From Okamejei kenojei (Eukaryota), in NCBI GenBank assembly GCA_035221665.1, contig CM069143.1, forward strand, positions 55,552,001-55,616,000: a stretch of 64,000 nt of DNA. The letters run 5' to 3'. A program made the position numbers and the translations under genes. Within the stretch, counting starts at the first letter, position 1. Each line of letters begins with the position of its first letter. Under the pieces are notes generated by a model, which saw only the letters and a list, made by a program, of their open reading frames with translations, did no database searches and was not told where the DNA came from. Below are positions 36,533 through 51,045 of the stretch, piece by piece.

Positions 36533-39500
36533 CTTCAGAAAAAAATTAATTAGTTTTGATCATAATGTCTCAGATGCTGAAGATGACTGAACTGAGTCCA
36601 TGCTTAAATTAATCTAAGGCAGCCAGCCGTTTAGTCCATGCAAAACTAAATTGCTTCTTTTACTACATAGTACTCGAGTGAAAATGTGAATCTTAATGGT
36701 AAATCTTTGATGTTGATAACAGAAATATGCCCGTTGAAACTTTTCTGTTGCTCATCATTTTGTCATCTTGCCTACAGAGTTACTCTGAATACCCAGAAGG
36801 AACACACTTTAGTTTAGTGGAAGTATTTTGATGCAGATGGGCTGCAAAAAATGGTACATAACATTTGGCAGGTCTAAAAAAACCTATTTAAAATAAAAAT
36901 CATCATTGCAGAAAGATTTAAACTGGTCTTGTCATAAAAAGCTCTGCACAGACATCTGTGCAGTCAAGAACTCCACACATGATCAATATATTTTCCTCAA
37001 GTTTTTAAGTTGCTTTCCTACGGGCAACATTGGTTTTATTTTTACAACTTCTGTACTGCAAATGATGGTATATGATAGCCTTTGATTTTTGCTTTTCATC
37101 TATTACTGATCCTACTCCTTTTGATAGCTTTTAATTGGTTTACAATTGATTTTAAGGTAATCTCTGCAGTCACGTCAGTAAATTTTTATCTCCAATTTTC
37201 CCTCGTTTAAATTGTGGATTGGTCCCTTAAGTACGTAAGCAAATAGTTTGCTTATAGCAGACTTTATTATGTATAATTTCAAAGACATACTTTACATAAT
37301 TTTGTTTATTCATTATTTAAAAGAAGGCATGGAAAATTGGCAGCTAACTGGTACATCATATCTTTGTTTTCCCCAATGCCTCCATGCATTCCCAATTTCT
37401 TCTAACTTATATGCTTCATGAATATTCTGAGTTCGCCATGGCATGTTGAATATGAAGTCAAATGAGCATATATATAAATAAAACACCTTTCGTACCTTGA
37501 AATAACAGGTTTTCAAACCAAGGAAGTGCGTTTGATGTGTGGTCACTATCCTGTCTTGTTGCTTATTTTAATATGCTCTAACCAGGTTCTTTTATGGCCT
37601 GATTAGTCAATTGCTCATACTTATTTGTCCAAAAAAGTGAAGGCTCTTCCATATTCTAAATGTATGACTATATATGCCTATTCATTTAAGAGTAATCTAC
37701 CCAATCCTACCAAACATGTACAATTGATGGACATCATTCTGAAGATCGTGTAGTTGTTATTTTAAAAACAGCACTTGCCCTACAAACTTGTGCTGTAAGC
37801 ATATTAAATGGCATCGCTCTTATTTCATAAATCGTCCCCGACAACATCATCTCTTAGTCTGCAAGCGATGATACTTTGTGAAACCAAATTATTTATAAAA
37901 GTCTTTTTAAAGTTGCATATTCCCTCCAAAACATATGAGGAACTTTTAACTATTTTTGCTTTGGAAAATCCAATTAAATATCTGGCTAGCAATGCTCACT
38001 AGCTTTATTATTTAGTCTCCAAACTTGAGCTGTATTATTTCTTAAATCATTCTTTGATATCTGTGACATTTGCGTTCATGGATGGCATCTTGTGAACACC
38101 AAGCACTTGCCTCCAAATATTTATTGACTTGGTTATTTGCCTCATTTATTCTGGATATAGTCACTAGATTTACCTATTTTGTTGATGCTTCAAGAATGTT
38201 ACCGATTTTTCTCACTGCTTGACAATTTTGTGGAGTGATTCAGTTTTCTGGATGTGTAATCCTTTTCATTTCTCCATCTTGTGTTAATGAACTTGCAGCA
38301 CATTTACTGTTACAGGAATTTGTCTGCAATCGTTATGTGTTCCAGCTGCTGTGAAGAAACAATCATGTATCTCCTGCAACTTGCACATTTGATTTTGTTT
38401 TGACCATCCCAAGTTCTCCAGGGTTAAAGGTAATGTATATGTTCAAAGTGTGAAATACATCTGTTGTGCCTTAGATCAATTTTTTAATCTCCAGATAAAG
38501 GAAGAATCGTTTCAAGAAATCAAGTGGAACAAATAAAAATGGTCAAGTTCACAGCACGCGCACTGCAAAGAGCAAGCTACAATTGGCCGAAAACAAAATT
38601 GCTAAGTTCAGTTAAAATTGGGATCTGGAGATAAATAATAGCAATAGAACTGATGAGAAGTATGAAATGTTGAAATGCAATGGATCATGTTCAGAGTAAT
38701 GACCACATTTGCAGTGAAAGCTTGTCAGAATAATTGGAGGTTAAAACTGGAATTTAAAGACCAAAGTGTAAAATAGGTCCGTGTGAAAAAGAGGAGGGAA
38801 GTGAAAGGAGATTAAACTGCTAAATAGGAATGAAAACTAATATTAAGCTTTCATTGTTTTAACAAGACAGTTGGAAGTCATCAAGTTGTCCCTCTAGCCC
38901 ATCAAGCTTATTCCACATTCAATCATGGCTGACCCATCTCCCTCCTAACCCCTTTCTCCTGCCTTCTCCCCATAACCCCCATTTGTACTAGTCAAATGGT
39001 AGTGAAGTTGGGAATACTGGATCAGCTGAAAGAATACCAGAAAGAGTTTAGAAATGATTTTTACTTTGGTGGGATTATATTTAAAAAAAGACAAAGGCAG
39101 GTAGCCAACTAGGCTAGCAGGAGAATTAAAGCAGAACATCGGATGTGACTGAAATTTTCCTTTCCTGGTTTCAAAAGTAGATTGGCGTATTATACCAAGC
39201 AATGAATGTGCAAGGTGACTTCATAACATTTCCAAAATACCCACCAAGGGTCATGGGTTTGAATTGGGACTAATTGTGACCAGTGATTAAATGTTTAAAA
39301 TAAACTCTTTGAGGTTAGGAATTCCTTAATTTTGATTGGGTAGCATGAATGTTTTGCTCCATGACGTTGTATTTATAATAACAAAGTATCTCTGTTTAAT
39401 CACTATCTTTATCCCTCTTGAAAATTTCTCTCTTTTTGATTAGCAAATGTAATTTTGTCACCTAAGATTTGTTTGCCTTTTTAAGCACTTCTCAGCTAAA

Positions 39501-40869
39501 ATAATTGCTCCTGCATAGGTGGCATAGAAGTTGGGGGTCAGGCTATCTTCTCTCCAATTAGCTTATATTTCCATGCAATAAATAGCATAACATTTTCTCC
39601 TTTGATAAATCTGTTAATTACTAAACTTTTCTGATATCAAAATGATTGCAAACACTTATTTTTGTCTAGCCTGATATAGATATTGGTTACTTTTAGTTGA
39701 CATGAATTGGGTGACATGGGTTTTTCCTTGTTTTGACTTGCCTTTTTGATTCTTTGACAATCTTTCCTTCAGTGTAAAATACTGCTTCAGGTTTTTCTTT
39801 TGCTGTAGTTTTTACGAAAATATAGGGTCAATTATTTAGCAAATGGAAGATCACAATTAAAAATGATCTGAAATAAAAACAATTCATTGAAGTAATATAC
39901 CCTGCGAATTATTGGAACTCCAGTAGATCTAATTATATTTTAAGGTCTTTCAGATACTGCTTCCACATGATTCTCTACCTTCCAATTGCTCACCTATGAA
40001 TTACTGCAAGTACAAACCATTTGCAAAGTGTATTGCTGCCTTTTTTAAGCCCTGTTTTCCCCTTACAGCTACCTTTCAAACACTTGAATTATTTATCAAT
40101 AAAGTAACTATCTTTATTCCAATATTGAGTAGTATCTTATACATATTTAGCATCTATTCGCTGCTGTTTGCCATGTTTGAGATGCCAGCTTTTCATTTCT
40201 GGTTTGCAAAACTCAACCGTTTGCCTTTTGTGACTTTCGTATAACCAAAATAAATATGTTCTCGTATCCCTGTTCTTGGTCTACTTGGGGCTGGAGCTTC
40301 TGATTATTGGCCAGGAAATATATGAGTGATGGGTAATGAATAGCAGAATATTGGGCAAGCTAAAGTTGAGGCTATGAAGCCTTTGAATAGTAAAGTGAAC
40401 TTGACAGATTAGAGATTTTGTGTGAAGGAATGTCGGCATGTGATTAAAATGGGGGTGAAAATTGGCAGTAATATCCTGAACAATAGATTTCTATCGGCTA
40501 CCTACCCTGTGTTTATGTATATTCATTCCTTATTAGCCATATACACAATCCCTGCATTTTGTCCGTTGTGTATATACCTGAATTCTGAAATTATATGTTT
40601 GCGTGTGAGCCATCTCCTTCATTCTTCCATTTCAGGTGTTTGTTCGCTCAACTATGTTGTTTGTTTTTTGGGAATCTAATGGAATTGGAGCTTGTGTCCA
40701 ATAATCTGTATAAAGTAAAACCATGAAAATCCATTCTTCTTTTGTTCAGAAATCCCAGTATTTATCATCTGAGTTTCTCCGCCTTAGCAATGTGGATGGG
40801 CTGATTAGGAAGTTTGCAGTTGGTGTGAAAATTGGTGAAGTTGGAGATACAAAGGTTATTTAAAGATAG

Positions 40870-41590
40870 GGGGATATAGATCCGCTGAGGTGTTGGGCAG
40901 AGCAGTGCCAGATGGAATTTAGCCCAGGTAATTGGGGTGGTGAAATTCTGTTGAGACAAAGTAAATGACAGGGGCCTTGGGAGCAATGATATACAGAAGG
41001 ACCTTGTGTTTAAGTTGTTAACTACCTGAAAGTGGCGTTGGGTAGGAAAAAAAACACCTGGTATGCTTCAATTAATAGGCGGATGTATTGAATATAAGGG
41101 TTGGAATGTAATGTTGCAGTTATGGTTTGGTTGGGCTGCATTTGGAGTTTGTTTACAGTTCTGGCTACTACAGTACATTGTGGCGGCATTTGAAATGGTG
41201 CAGAAGAGATTCACTGGGAAGTTACATGAAGTGGAGGACAGCAGTTATAAGGAGCGATTGAGTAGGCTGGACGTAGAAGACTGAGGGGAATAGGTAGAAT
41301 CTTTTTTTCCCCCATGTTAATCTACAACTCGAGGGCACAGGTTTAAGGTGAGAAACAAAATTTAAAGGAGATCTGAGGGACATCTTTTTCCACACATAGG
41401 CTGCTGAATATCTAGAACAAGCTGCCAGACAGGGTGTTGGAAGCAGATGCTTAAAAAAGATCTTAGGCAGGTTCTTGGATTGAAAAGTCATAGGTACAGA
41501 CGCTAATGCAAGTGAATGGGATCAGTGCACAAAAGGCATCACTGCTGGTATGGTCAAGATGGGCCAAGAGAATCCATCTCTGCTACATGT
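40870..41590 (+). mobile_element. Degenerate CR1 LINE 3' fragment
   Basis: VQKRFTGKL...SYKERLSRL reading; colinear with the 59018-59680 copy. Confidence 0.7.
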
Positions 41591-42629
41591 TTCTATGAAA
41601 ATTGGTTCAACTTTTTACTGTTGTTTAATTAGTCTCACTTGCATTTGTAGTTTTCAATTCACTGGCAAATATTTTTTTTGAAAGAGCAGATTCTTTACCT
41701 TTCTGATTGTAGATTCCTAAATAATGTTCACCCCAAAGGTCATGAAGCCTTAATGACCTTGGAACATAAATAATTGGTATAATCTGAATTCTGCTTCAGG
41801 TTCCATGTAGCATTTTTTAAAATACATGTATTTAGGATGTGATTTTACCAGAAGATTTCAATTTGACTGAAGAAAACTGGTAGACTCCAAAGTAATTGAT
41901 GGTGGGTTCAGTGCAGTATCAGCGAAGAAAAGGATATTTATTTACATTTTTGTGGATATTCATATACTTTTTCAAAATGCTGTATAACTTCAGCGATTTC
42001 TGTTTGGAAAAATGGTGTGGGAAATATTTAGGAAAAAGCGCCGACTTGTGGGTTTTTGTACAATTAAATATTATTTCTCTTGTTATTTGTCTTTTCTGTC
42101 TCCAATATATCATGTATGGAAAGCTAGTTTTGGAAAACTAATTTTGGAGAATGTGACTGAATTGTCTCTCTCCATGTGCTGAATAACTAGCAAACAACAA
42201 CAGATAAATTATCCTCATGTTTAATGTCTGAAAAGGTCCCAGTTGAAATTATTTTTGAGTTTAAATGTAATTTCAGAAATTACTAGTAATTAAGCATGCG
42301 AGTTAATAGTTAAAATATTCTTTATTCATTTTGTTGACAATTTTAAAATATTTATTGTGACATTGAGCATATAGATGTAATGTACATCAGTGTTGAAATT
42401 GGCATTCTGAGAATGTTACCAATGGGGATTTAAAAAAAATCCAGGTTGTGATAATCCACAACAGATGCAACAAAATTTAAGTTATTGAGTTTTGCCTCGC
42501 CACAACTTTAGCAAAACATGATTTTGCTCATGAGGGGCTTGTGCTGTAATGTAAACTTAATTGCACGTTAAATCCATATTATACATTCTGTAGAATTCAA
42601 TTTTTAGGTCATAATGTGGTGGGGTCATA

Positions 42630-43300
42630 ATCAGAATCAGAATGCCCTTTATTATCATTTAAACATAGGTTCAAATGAAATAACGTTCCTGCAGTCATAA
42701 CAACAAAAAAACTAAAACACAATTAACACAATTCCACACAAACATCCATCACAGTGAATCTCGTCACTGTGATGGAAGACAAAAGTCTTATCTCTTCCCT
42801 GTTCTCTGTTCTTTATTCTTCTCCCGCAGTCAAACTACTGCATCGAGCTGATCGAGGCTCTTGATGTTAGAGCCCCCGGCGGGCGATGGTAAGTCCTGCG
42901 GCCGTTTAAGCCGCTCTGGGCGAACTCTAAGGCCCCACTCCGGGTTGATTTAAACCCTTCGATTCCAGTGGGCGAAGTTTGCCGTTGTGGGTGCTCCGAA
43001 AAACGGTCTCCCACCAGGACCTGCGAGCTCCCGTTGTTACCGTCCACAGGGCCTGCAGCTCGAGCCTCCGAGCTTCGAAGTCGGGTCGCAGCCGTGCGCC
43101 ACCACATCACTCCGCACTCCGAAGTCAGCCAGCTCCACGATAGTGAGTCCGCAGGCTCTGCAACAAGCCCCTAGGTAGATTCCGGTTGGAGGCCGCCGAC
43201 TCCACAATGTTAGGCCCCAACGACAACAGAGACTCGACAAGGAAAAAGTCAGGTCCCTGTACAGGGAAGAGATAAAAAAGTTTCCTCCGTCCCCCCCCGC
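42630..43300 (-). repeat. GC-rich interspersed repeat, related to 14190-14700
   Basis: Shared end sequence and an (AATCAG)n tail. Confidence 0.55.
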
Positions 43301-44269
43301 ATGTACACAGCTAAAGGGAAAAAAAATGTGAGGGAGGTGGGGATAGTCCACCGAGACATCTCCAGACTATTGCTTGCATCGGTTGTGATTTTTCCCCTGG
43401 TTCTCAAAATTTTGATGTGGGATTATTTTAAAAGTGAACACTTCCAAAAGCAGTGTATTTAAGGTTGCTAATGGCGCCATCTCATTATTTGACTTTTGGG
43501 CACATTTTCTTGAAAGGAATGGGATTCTTGCATTCTTTAAACAAAATACAGCTAGTTTCAAAGAGGTATAACAAAACCATTTGTCAATTTCTATTGTTGA
43601 CATGCGCATCATTGCACTCGACGAAAGAATTCGGAGATTTCAAAAGTGTTAAGAATTGATAATGCTGTATTCAAAGGTAACGGTTACAATGCATGTAATG
43701 TTTAATTGTCACGTGGAACTTGATAGTGTTATTAGTTTACTTTGTAGTTCATTTTCATCATTGATTATTGTTGCAATTTTTCTTTTGCTGTCCCTTGTGA
43801 ATCGGGTGTAGCTTGTCCAAAGGTTGTCTGTTTAAACATTACTCCAAACACTTCAGCATAAACTTAGGCAAATACTCTAGTTTGGCACAATCATTAATAT
43901 TGCACAGTCAAAAGTGCCACTTTTTGGATGCAATGACAAATGGGACAGTTAGGTTATTTTGGTGGCTATCAAAAACCATATGACTTTATTTCACTGATTT
44001 TTCCCTTTATTCTTGGCCAATGTTCATCCTGACCAATTTCACCAAAGCAGTTCATACAATCGTATAGAAACGTGGAAAATATGTGCAGGAGTAGGCCATT
44101 CGGCCCTTCGATGTGATGATGGCTAATCATCCACAATCAGTATGTTGCTGTTAATGTGTTCCTTTGTTTAAATTATCTGTTGCACATGTTAAAAGAATAT
44201 CCGAGTACATATCAGAAGTATTTAATTGGCTATTAACTCTGGGGTCTTCTTGGAACATGAAAGTAGCTA

Positions 44270-44460
44270 TATAAATGGGCAATTTACAGTGGTCAATTAG
44301 TCTACCATGTTTGAGAAGTGGGAAGAAACCAGATCATCCAATGGAAACTTTTATGGTTATTGGAAGAATTAGTAGATTTCACGCAGCATGGGAGATCAGG
44401 ATTGAACTTGGGTCTCTGGAGCGAGACAGTGGCTATAGTAGCTGCACCATTGTGGCACTC
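44270..44460 (-). mobile_element. Degenerate tRNA-derived SINE
   Basis: 'gggcaatttacagtggtcaatta...ggattgaacttgggtctctgg...gctgcaccattgtg'; parallels 23720-23940. Confidence 0.5.
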
Positions 44461-47116
44461 TGTTTTCCTCCTGAATTTTTATCATCTGTTTCGGGAATGT
44501 TTTATCATTTGGTTTCCTGTGATTTGATTTGGCAGTGCCCCTGTCATTTTACACACCTGGCCAGCAGGTATCTGGATATTCAGTCATTTCTCTACCTTTA
44601 GCAAATTCTTCACCAATGAGCTGCAAATGAAGGAGAGACAAAAGAAAAAAGACAATTACATTTTTTCTGTCCTTTTTATGACTTTTATGTTGCTTTTTGA
44701 GCCACAAGTTAAATGTGTCTAAAGGTGAATCTTCCAGCAAGCAATGTTAGTAATAGTTTTCAACAATATGAAACAATCATGAATCTAGTTTTAGATTAGG
44801 TTGCCCTTTGTTAAGAACTTGAGGATTGCAGCACTATTAGATTTTTGGTGATGAACATGTTCTACCAGTTTGCAGCCTGGATTACTGTAATACTGCTGTG
44901 CGCATGTAAATTAAAGTTTTCATTTAAAGAAGAAAATCTGAATATTGTAATAAGCTTTGTTCATATTTATTAGAATGTGCAATTGAGCAGAAAATGTATT
45001 GTGGACGAATAGAAACTTTTTGGCATAAATTTATATTCCTCAAAATATTTAATCGATCAGATAGTATTTGAAAAGATAACATTTTGGAATGTTTCATCGG
45101 GCAAGTGCTGCTGAAAGGTAATCAGTCTGAAATGTGATTCATTTTCCCTTCTCTACAGATATTGCCTGACCATTTCAACATTTCTGTTTTACATTTACAA
45201 CAATTGCAGTATTTTGTTTCATTTCCTGATATTCAAAATGTATCTAATGTATTTAGAAGTAGTTTTGTTTCTATGCTAAAATGCACAGATTCTAGAATTA
45301 GTTGATTTCGACCACCTCCAGTTTAAATTCCATTTGGAATATTTTGGAGGACCAGGAAACCAAGAAACAAGACCGTCATCAACACTAACATAGCTTCACT
45401 TTCAATCATGAATATGAATCAAACTCTGTTGTAAATAATTATGATCATAATTCATATAATATGACCAAAAATACTATCTTATTAATAGGATGGTGCACCA
45501 CTTCTTTGATTGCATCCAGATTGCAAGTTCACATCAAATCTGTTGCTCTGAGTATTGATTAACTTAGTGGGAGAATACATCCTGGTTCACAAGGTGCAGG
45601 ATTCGAATGGTGCTCCGGGTAATGCCAGCCCAACATTAAATTTGTAACGTTATTCAGCTGGGTGCTCGTGTCCTATTGAATACCAAACTCTTCAAATGTC
45701 TGGGACTCTGATGGCTGATGTAAAAATACTATATCAAAGATTGTAATAATTGTTATCAACCTACAAGTCATTTTGCTGTTCTACACGTTTCCAAGGAAAA
45801 CTCACCATTGCTCTTACAAAATACAGTTTGTTTTCTTTATGCTGCTATTATTTAAAACAAAAACTTGATCCACCATTATGAAGATGCCTTGTCAAGGTAG
45901 GATGTGGAAGAGTACATATTAGGTGACATCTTGTACATAATATCTTGATCAAATAATTTTCTGTGCTACCAGTGGAGGGTGCTATCAGTAAACCTGAGTG
46001 CATGGCCTCCAACCAAAACTTGGCGTTTTGTGTTCATGTTGAATCTAGTGTTTTATCACAGCAAATAAATATTTGTTACAAATACTGAAAGTGTTTTAAT
46101 GTATTGAACACACCAATGGATTCATAACCTTCCATATTTCAACTCTGCAATATAAACTTTCACCCTCTAACTAATCGCTAAAGAATATCTGCCTAGTCAT
46201 TTTCCAATGTCCTTTGGAAAATGCATTAAACTGTGGATTTGGCCACTCGTAGCTGCTGAAGTTTCCATAGCATTACCTGAAGAAAAGCAAGTAAACCTAT
46301 TTGCCTGTTGTATTTCACTAAGTGTACCTTGTATTGTAACACAGTTCTGAAATCGTGAAATACTGCATAAATGGAAACTTTTACTTGAGTTTCATTCATG
46401 TTTGGAGTTATGTTGCCTGTATACATGCAGAGCTGAATTGCCTTCTGACTTCAGTCTTAATAATGTAGCTATTATATATTGCTCAAGTATATCCTCTTTG
46501 GCTTCTATAATGCTGTTGTTTAGGCTTAAGTGAAGATTTTTACCTCAAGCGCAACATTTTCCAAACCAAGTTAGAGCTCCATAATGTTTTCTGTCTTGCT
46601 CATGGCACCTGAATTCTGCCTGTGGTTAAACAGTGATTACTCTTCCTGTAATTCTTTCCAGATTATTTGTACACTTTTAAATTCATTCCACCATCCTTTA
46701 ATTTGATGCAAGCTACTTGCAACTTTATGATCCCATTTAATTAAATTGAGCAACTATTGTGCAACCTTGAGTTTGATCTTTTGTGAAGTTAATCATGTGT
46801 TCCACAGTGCCCTGTAGTTTTAATTGATCTTAATTATTTTTGTTTTCCTTGGTTATCTGTGTTCAATTTGGATGTTGCTAAGAAAATTAGTTAAACTTTT
46901 CACCATCTGTCATTGTCTCATTCTTTAGAATCCATTTCATTTGGCAAATTGTCTGTGACGTGCTTTCTAACATATATAAATGTTGAAATGTGAGTAAACT
47001 GTTATGTGCTATTTCTTTTAATCACCAACCCACAGTTCCTTTAATTCCTTCATCAATTTTACTCAATTATTTTAATGTGGATTTCAGCAAAAAGAGAAGC
47101 CTGTTTCTTGCTACAG

Positions 47117-47191
47117 GTGGAAATGGTAATGGTTGGTGAATAAGCGTAGGTACAGAATGTATTAAATCAATTGCAAGATTTTTTTAAACAG
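47117..47191 (+). other. NONO: Predicted distal alternative exon of NONO encoding VEMVMVGE*
   Basis: TTTCTTGCTACAG|GTG acceptor, stop TAA 47141-47143, consensus donor CAG|GTGAGT. In phase 0 with exon 27793-27920. Confidence 0.55.
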
Positions 47192-48378
47192 GTGAGTTAA
47201 TTGAACATTTTACTTTCATTTTTGTTTCATTACATAAATCCATTTTGAGCTATTGCTGAACACTTGAAATGCTCCACCATTTCAATAGAGTTTTTGGGAA
47301 CAATGTTTTTTCTTTCTCCATTCAAAACTCATGCTGTAACTGACTTTGACAGTTTCTTCATATCATTCAAATTAGGAGTTTTGCACCTTCATGTACTAAG
47401 ATGGGACAGGTTTTTGAATGGATAGTAAAGTTATTAAAATTAAAATTCTACCTATCCAGCAAAGAAAACTAACTTGCTTTCCAGGAACATTTTTTCTCTC
47501 TCGTAATTTAACATTATTTCAGGCTTCCTCTAGGAAACAAGGTGCAAGAATTAAGGACGCAAGGCAAAAGTGCACACTCTTTATTTGCAGAGAAAATCAT
47601 CGTGAAGGTGAAGAGAAGTTTTGCATTGACAACACTAAATTTCAAATATATATTCCAGAAAATATATTTGTCTTCCTAATTGGCCCTGGAACCAAGTGGC
47701 TTGCTAAGTCATTTCAGAGGTAGATGAGACAATTGCAACGGTTGTGTTCAATGTTGCAGACAAGGCGAGGAGGACACATTTCCTTCATTTTTAAATACAT
47801 TGGCCTAAGGGATTGATATTATCCAAAAATGGCCACCAATATGGATATTTCTATTTATTTAAAAAATTCACTATGGGGCTCAAACATACTTTTGTTAATC
47901 ATTAATCCAGTTCTCTGCCCATCAAATCATAAAAAAAAAATGTTTAAATCTGAAAAGAATTGGTAGTTATTTGATGTGTAATATATTTAGCAAGTGCCAA
48001 CAAATCGGGGCACGGAATCCTTGTAGAAGAGGTTTACGTTGCCTCCAGTTCTAAATTCATTCTAAATTCCAGTATTTTGACAATACCCAATCTGACAATT
48101 CTTTTCAAGAACAAAAAAAAATAACCCGCGGTGTTCTTCATGATTAAAATCAATGGCCTACATGAAGGTGCAACTTATTTTTATGCATTTTGAAAAATGT
48201 GACTTTTTAAATATGCTCCTTTTGTACTGTAATTTACATTGCATCTTTAAATACAAAGATAGGTATTCTTTGCTATTGTTTGATATTCCTGCAGAAAATT
48301 AACATTAAAAAAAAACGAATTTGTCCCGTTCCCTCCTTGTTCTGATGTAAAAGTTAATTGTAATATTTAGGTGTGTAA

Positions 48379-48384
48379 AATAAA
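48379..48384 (+). terminator. Candidate distal poly(A) signal
   Basis: AATAAA preceded by several TGTA motifs and followed by GT-rich sequence, at the end of a repeat-free AT-rich tract. Confidence 0.4.
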
Positions 48385-49418
48385 ATATCTCTAGTATGTG
48401 GACATGGTATGCTTTAATTCTTGAATGCTTTGAGTGATAACATGAAAATAGAGTGCATTCTATTTTAGGTTCTCACATCGACACAAAATTCTTGGATCAA
48501 TTATTTGTAATTGGTAATAAGGTAAATCACCAAATTTGCTGCATTTGTAGACGTGTATGTTTCCAGTAATACATGTTTAGATTTCAATAGACAAGAGGTG
48601 CAGGAGTAGGCCCTTCGAGCCATCACTGCCATTCAATGTGATAATGGATCATTTCCCGCAAGTGATGACCAGTGGCATCTGAGTGAGAAATTATTTGTGC
48701 TAAGATTAGGAAATGTCATGTTCTCTTAATAGGTATGTCAGATTTAATATGTAGTTAAGATAAATGGTAGTTGTTAACAGAGGTTTTCAAGCTTTTTTGT
48801 TTCATAGGAACACAAGATTATGATCAGGGCTAAGTTGTATACCTTCTTGAATTCTGCCATTAAATTAGATCATGGCTGGACTAATCAAGACCCCGAACTC
48901 TACAGGCCAAAAATTTAGTTCTGCCATCAATTAACAAGGATTCGGCATCCATAGATCTGGAATAGAGAATTCCAAAGATTCAGAATTAGAGATTTACTTT
49001 TTTTTTCACCCCCAGCACTTGATCTATTTCAACATTCCACAGCATCCACACTGTCAAGTGTCGTGAAGACATTAAATTTAAAGAAGGTTTTACTTGAGTT
49101 TCTAAATTATACCCAATCTGCTTGCTTCCATAATGCACCCCAACCAGCAACTCAGTGAACTTCCTCTTGACTGCTTCCATGGTGATTGTATGCTTGGAAA
49201 GTGGTAGTCAACATTTTATACATTACCCAATATGTGATCTTATCCCAGTGTCACAAGTTTATTCTAATTTTATACTCCATTTCCTCTTGCAACAAAGATT
49301 TGCCTTCATAATTACTTGCTATACTCCCCTCAACCCCACCCCCCCACCCCCCCCCCCACACATTGCATTTTTCTGCGTGAGCAGGGGACTGGTGGAGGAG
49401 ATACCAAACTAAATTTAA

Positions 49419-51045
49419 TAAAGACCCATCATTTATTTATTTGCCTCTGTACTCCACAGTTTGAAATTTGTAATAGAAAAAGTCACATGAGGTTACAGTG
49501 CACCGTGTCAGATTTTAATAAAAGCCATCTTTATACATTTTGGTTTCACCATGTAGAAACTACAGCAGTTTTTACACAAAGTCTCCCCCCCCCCCCCCCC
49601 CCCCCCATTTCGGGGCACCATCATGTTTGGGACACAGCAATGTCGTAAATGAAAGTAGTCATGTTTAGTATTTTGTTGCATATCTTTTGCATGCAATGAC
49701 TGCTTGAAGTCTGATTCATGGACATCACCAGTTGCTGGGTGTCTTCTCTGGTGATGCTCTGCCAGGCCTGTATTGCAGCCATCTTTAGCTTATGCTTGTT
49801 TAGGGGGCTAGCCCACTTCAGTTTTCTTCAGTTTATAAAAAGCATGCTCAATTGTGTTCAGATCAGGTGATTGACTTGGTCACTCAAGATTGACCATTTT
49901 TTAGCTTTGAACAATTAATTTGTTCTTTTAGCAGTATGTCTGGGATCATTGTCTTGCTGTAGAATGAACCGCTGGCCAATGTGTTTTGAGGATTTTGTTT
50001 GTACTTGAGCAAATAGGATGCGTCTATACACTTCAGAATTCATTATCCTACTACCATCAGCAGTTGTATCATCAATGTAGATAAGTGAGCCAGTACCTTC
50101 AGAAGCCATACATGCTCGGGCCTTAACACCACCGTGTTTCACAGATGAGGTGGTATGTTTTGGATTTTGGGCATTTCCTTCTCTCCTCCATACTTTGCTC
50201 TTGCCATCGCTCTGATACAAGTTAATCTTTGTCTCATCTGTCTACAATACCTTTTTCCAGAACTCTGGTTGCTCGTTTAAGTACTTGGCAAACTAACCTG
50301 GCCATCTTATTTTTGCGGCTGACCAGTGGTTTGCATCTTGCAGTGTGGCCTCTATTTTTGTTCATGAAGTCTTCTGCGGACAGTGGTCATTGACAAAACC
50401 ACACCTGACTCCTGAAGAGTGTTTCTGATCTGTCGGACAGGTGTTTGGGGATTTGTCTGTGTTATAGAGAGAATTCTCTGTCATCGGCTGTGGAGGTCTT
50501 CCTTGGCCTGCCGATCTCTTTGCGATTAGTAAGCTTACCAGTGCTCTCTTTCTTCTTAATGATGTTCCAAACAGTTGATTTTGGTAAGCCTAAGGTTTAG
50601 CTGATGTCTCTTTTAAGAGTTTTATTCTTGTTTCTCTGTCTCATAATGGCTACTTTGACTTTCATTGGCATAACTTTGGACATCATGTTGATGAACAGCA
50701 ATAAAAGTTTCCAAGGGTGATGGAAAGACTGGAGGAAAGACTAGATGCTGAGAGCTCTCTTATACCTACATTAAGGAGCTAATTAAACACACCTGAACAA
50801 TTACAAACACCTGTGAAGCCATGTGTCCCAAACATTATGGTGCCCTGAATTGGGGGGTGGGGGACAATGTATGAACACTGCTGTAATTTCTACATGGTGA
50901 AACCAGCATATATAAAAATGGCCTTTACTAAAATCTGACAGTGCACTTTAACCACATGTGATTTTGTTTCCTATTACAAATCTCAAACTGGAGTACAGAG
51001 GCAAATAAATAAATGATGGGTCTTTGTCCCAAACATTATTGAGGC
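49419..51045 (-). mobile_element. Tc1-family transposon, near full length, defective transposase
   Basis: ~210-bp inverted termini (49419-~49635 and ~50823-51045) with repeated TGTCCCAAACATTAT. Transposase remnant ...SVKHGG...FILQQDNDPRHTAK. Likely ATG near 50686. Confidence 0.92.
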
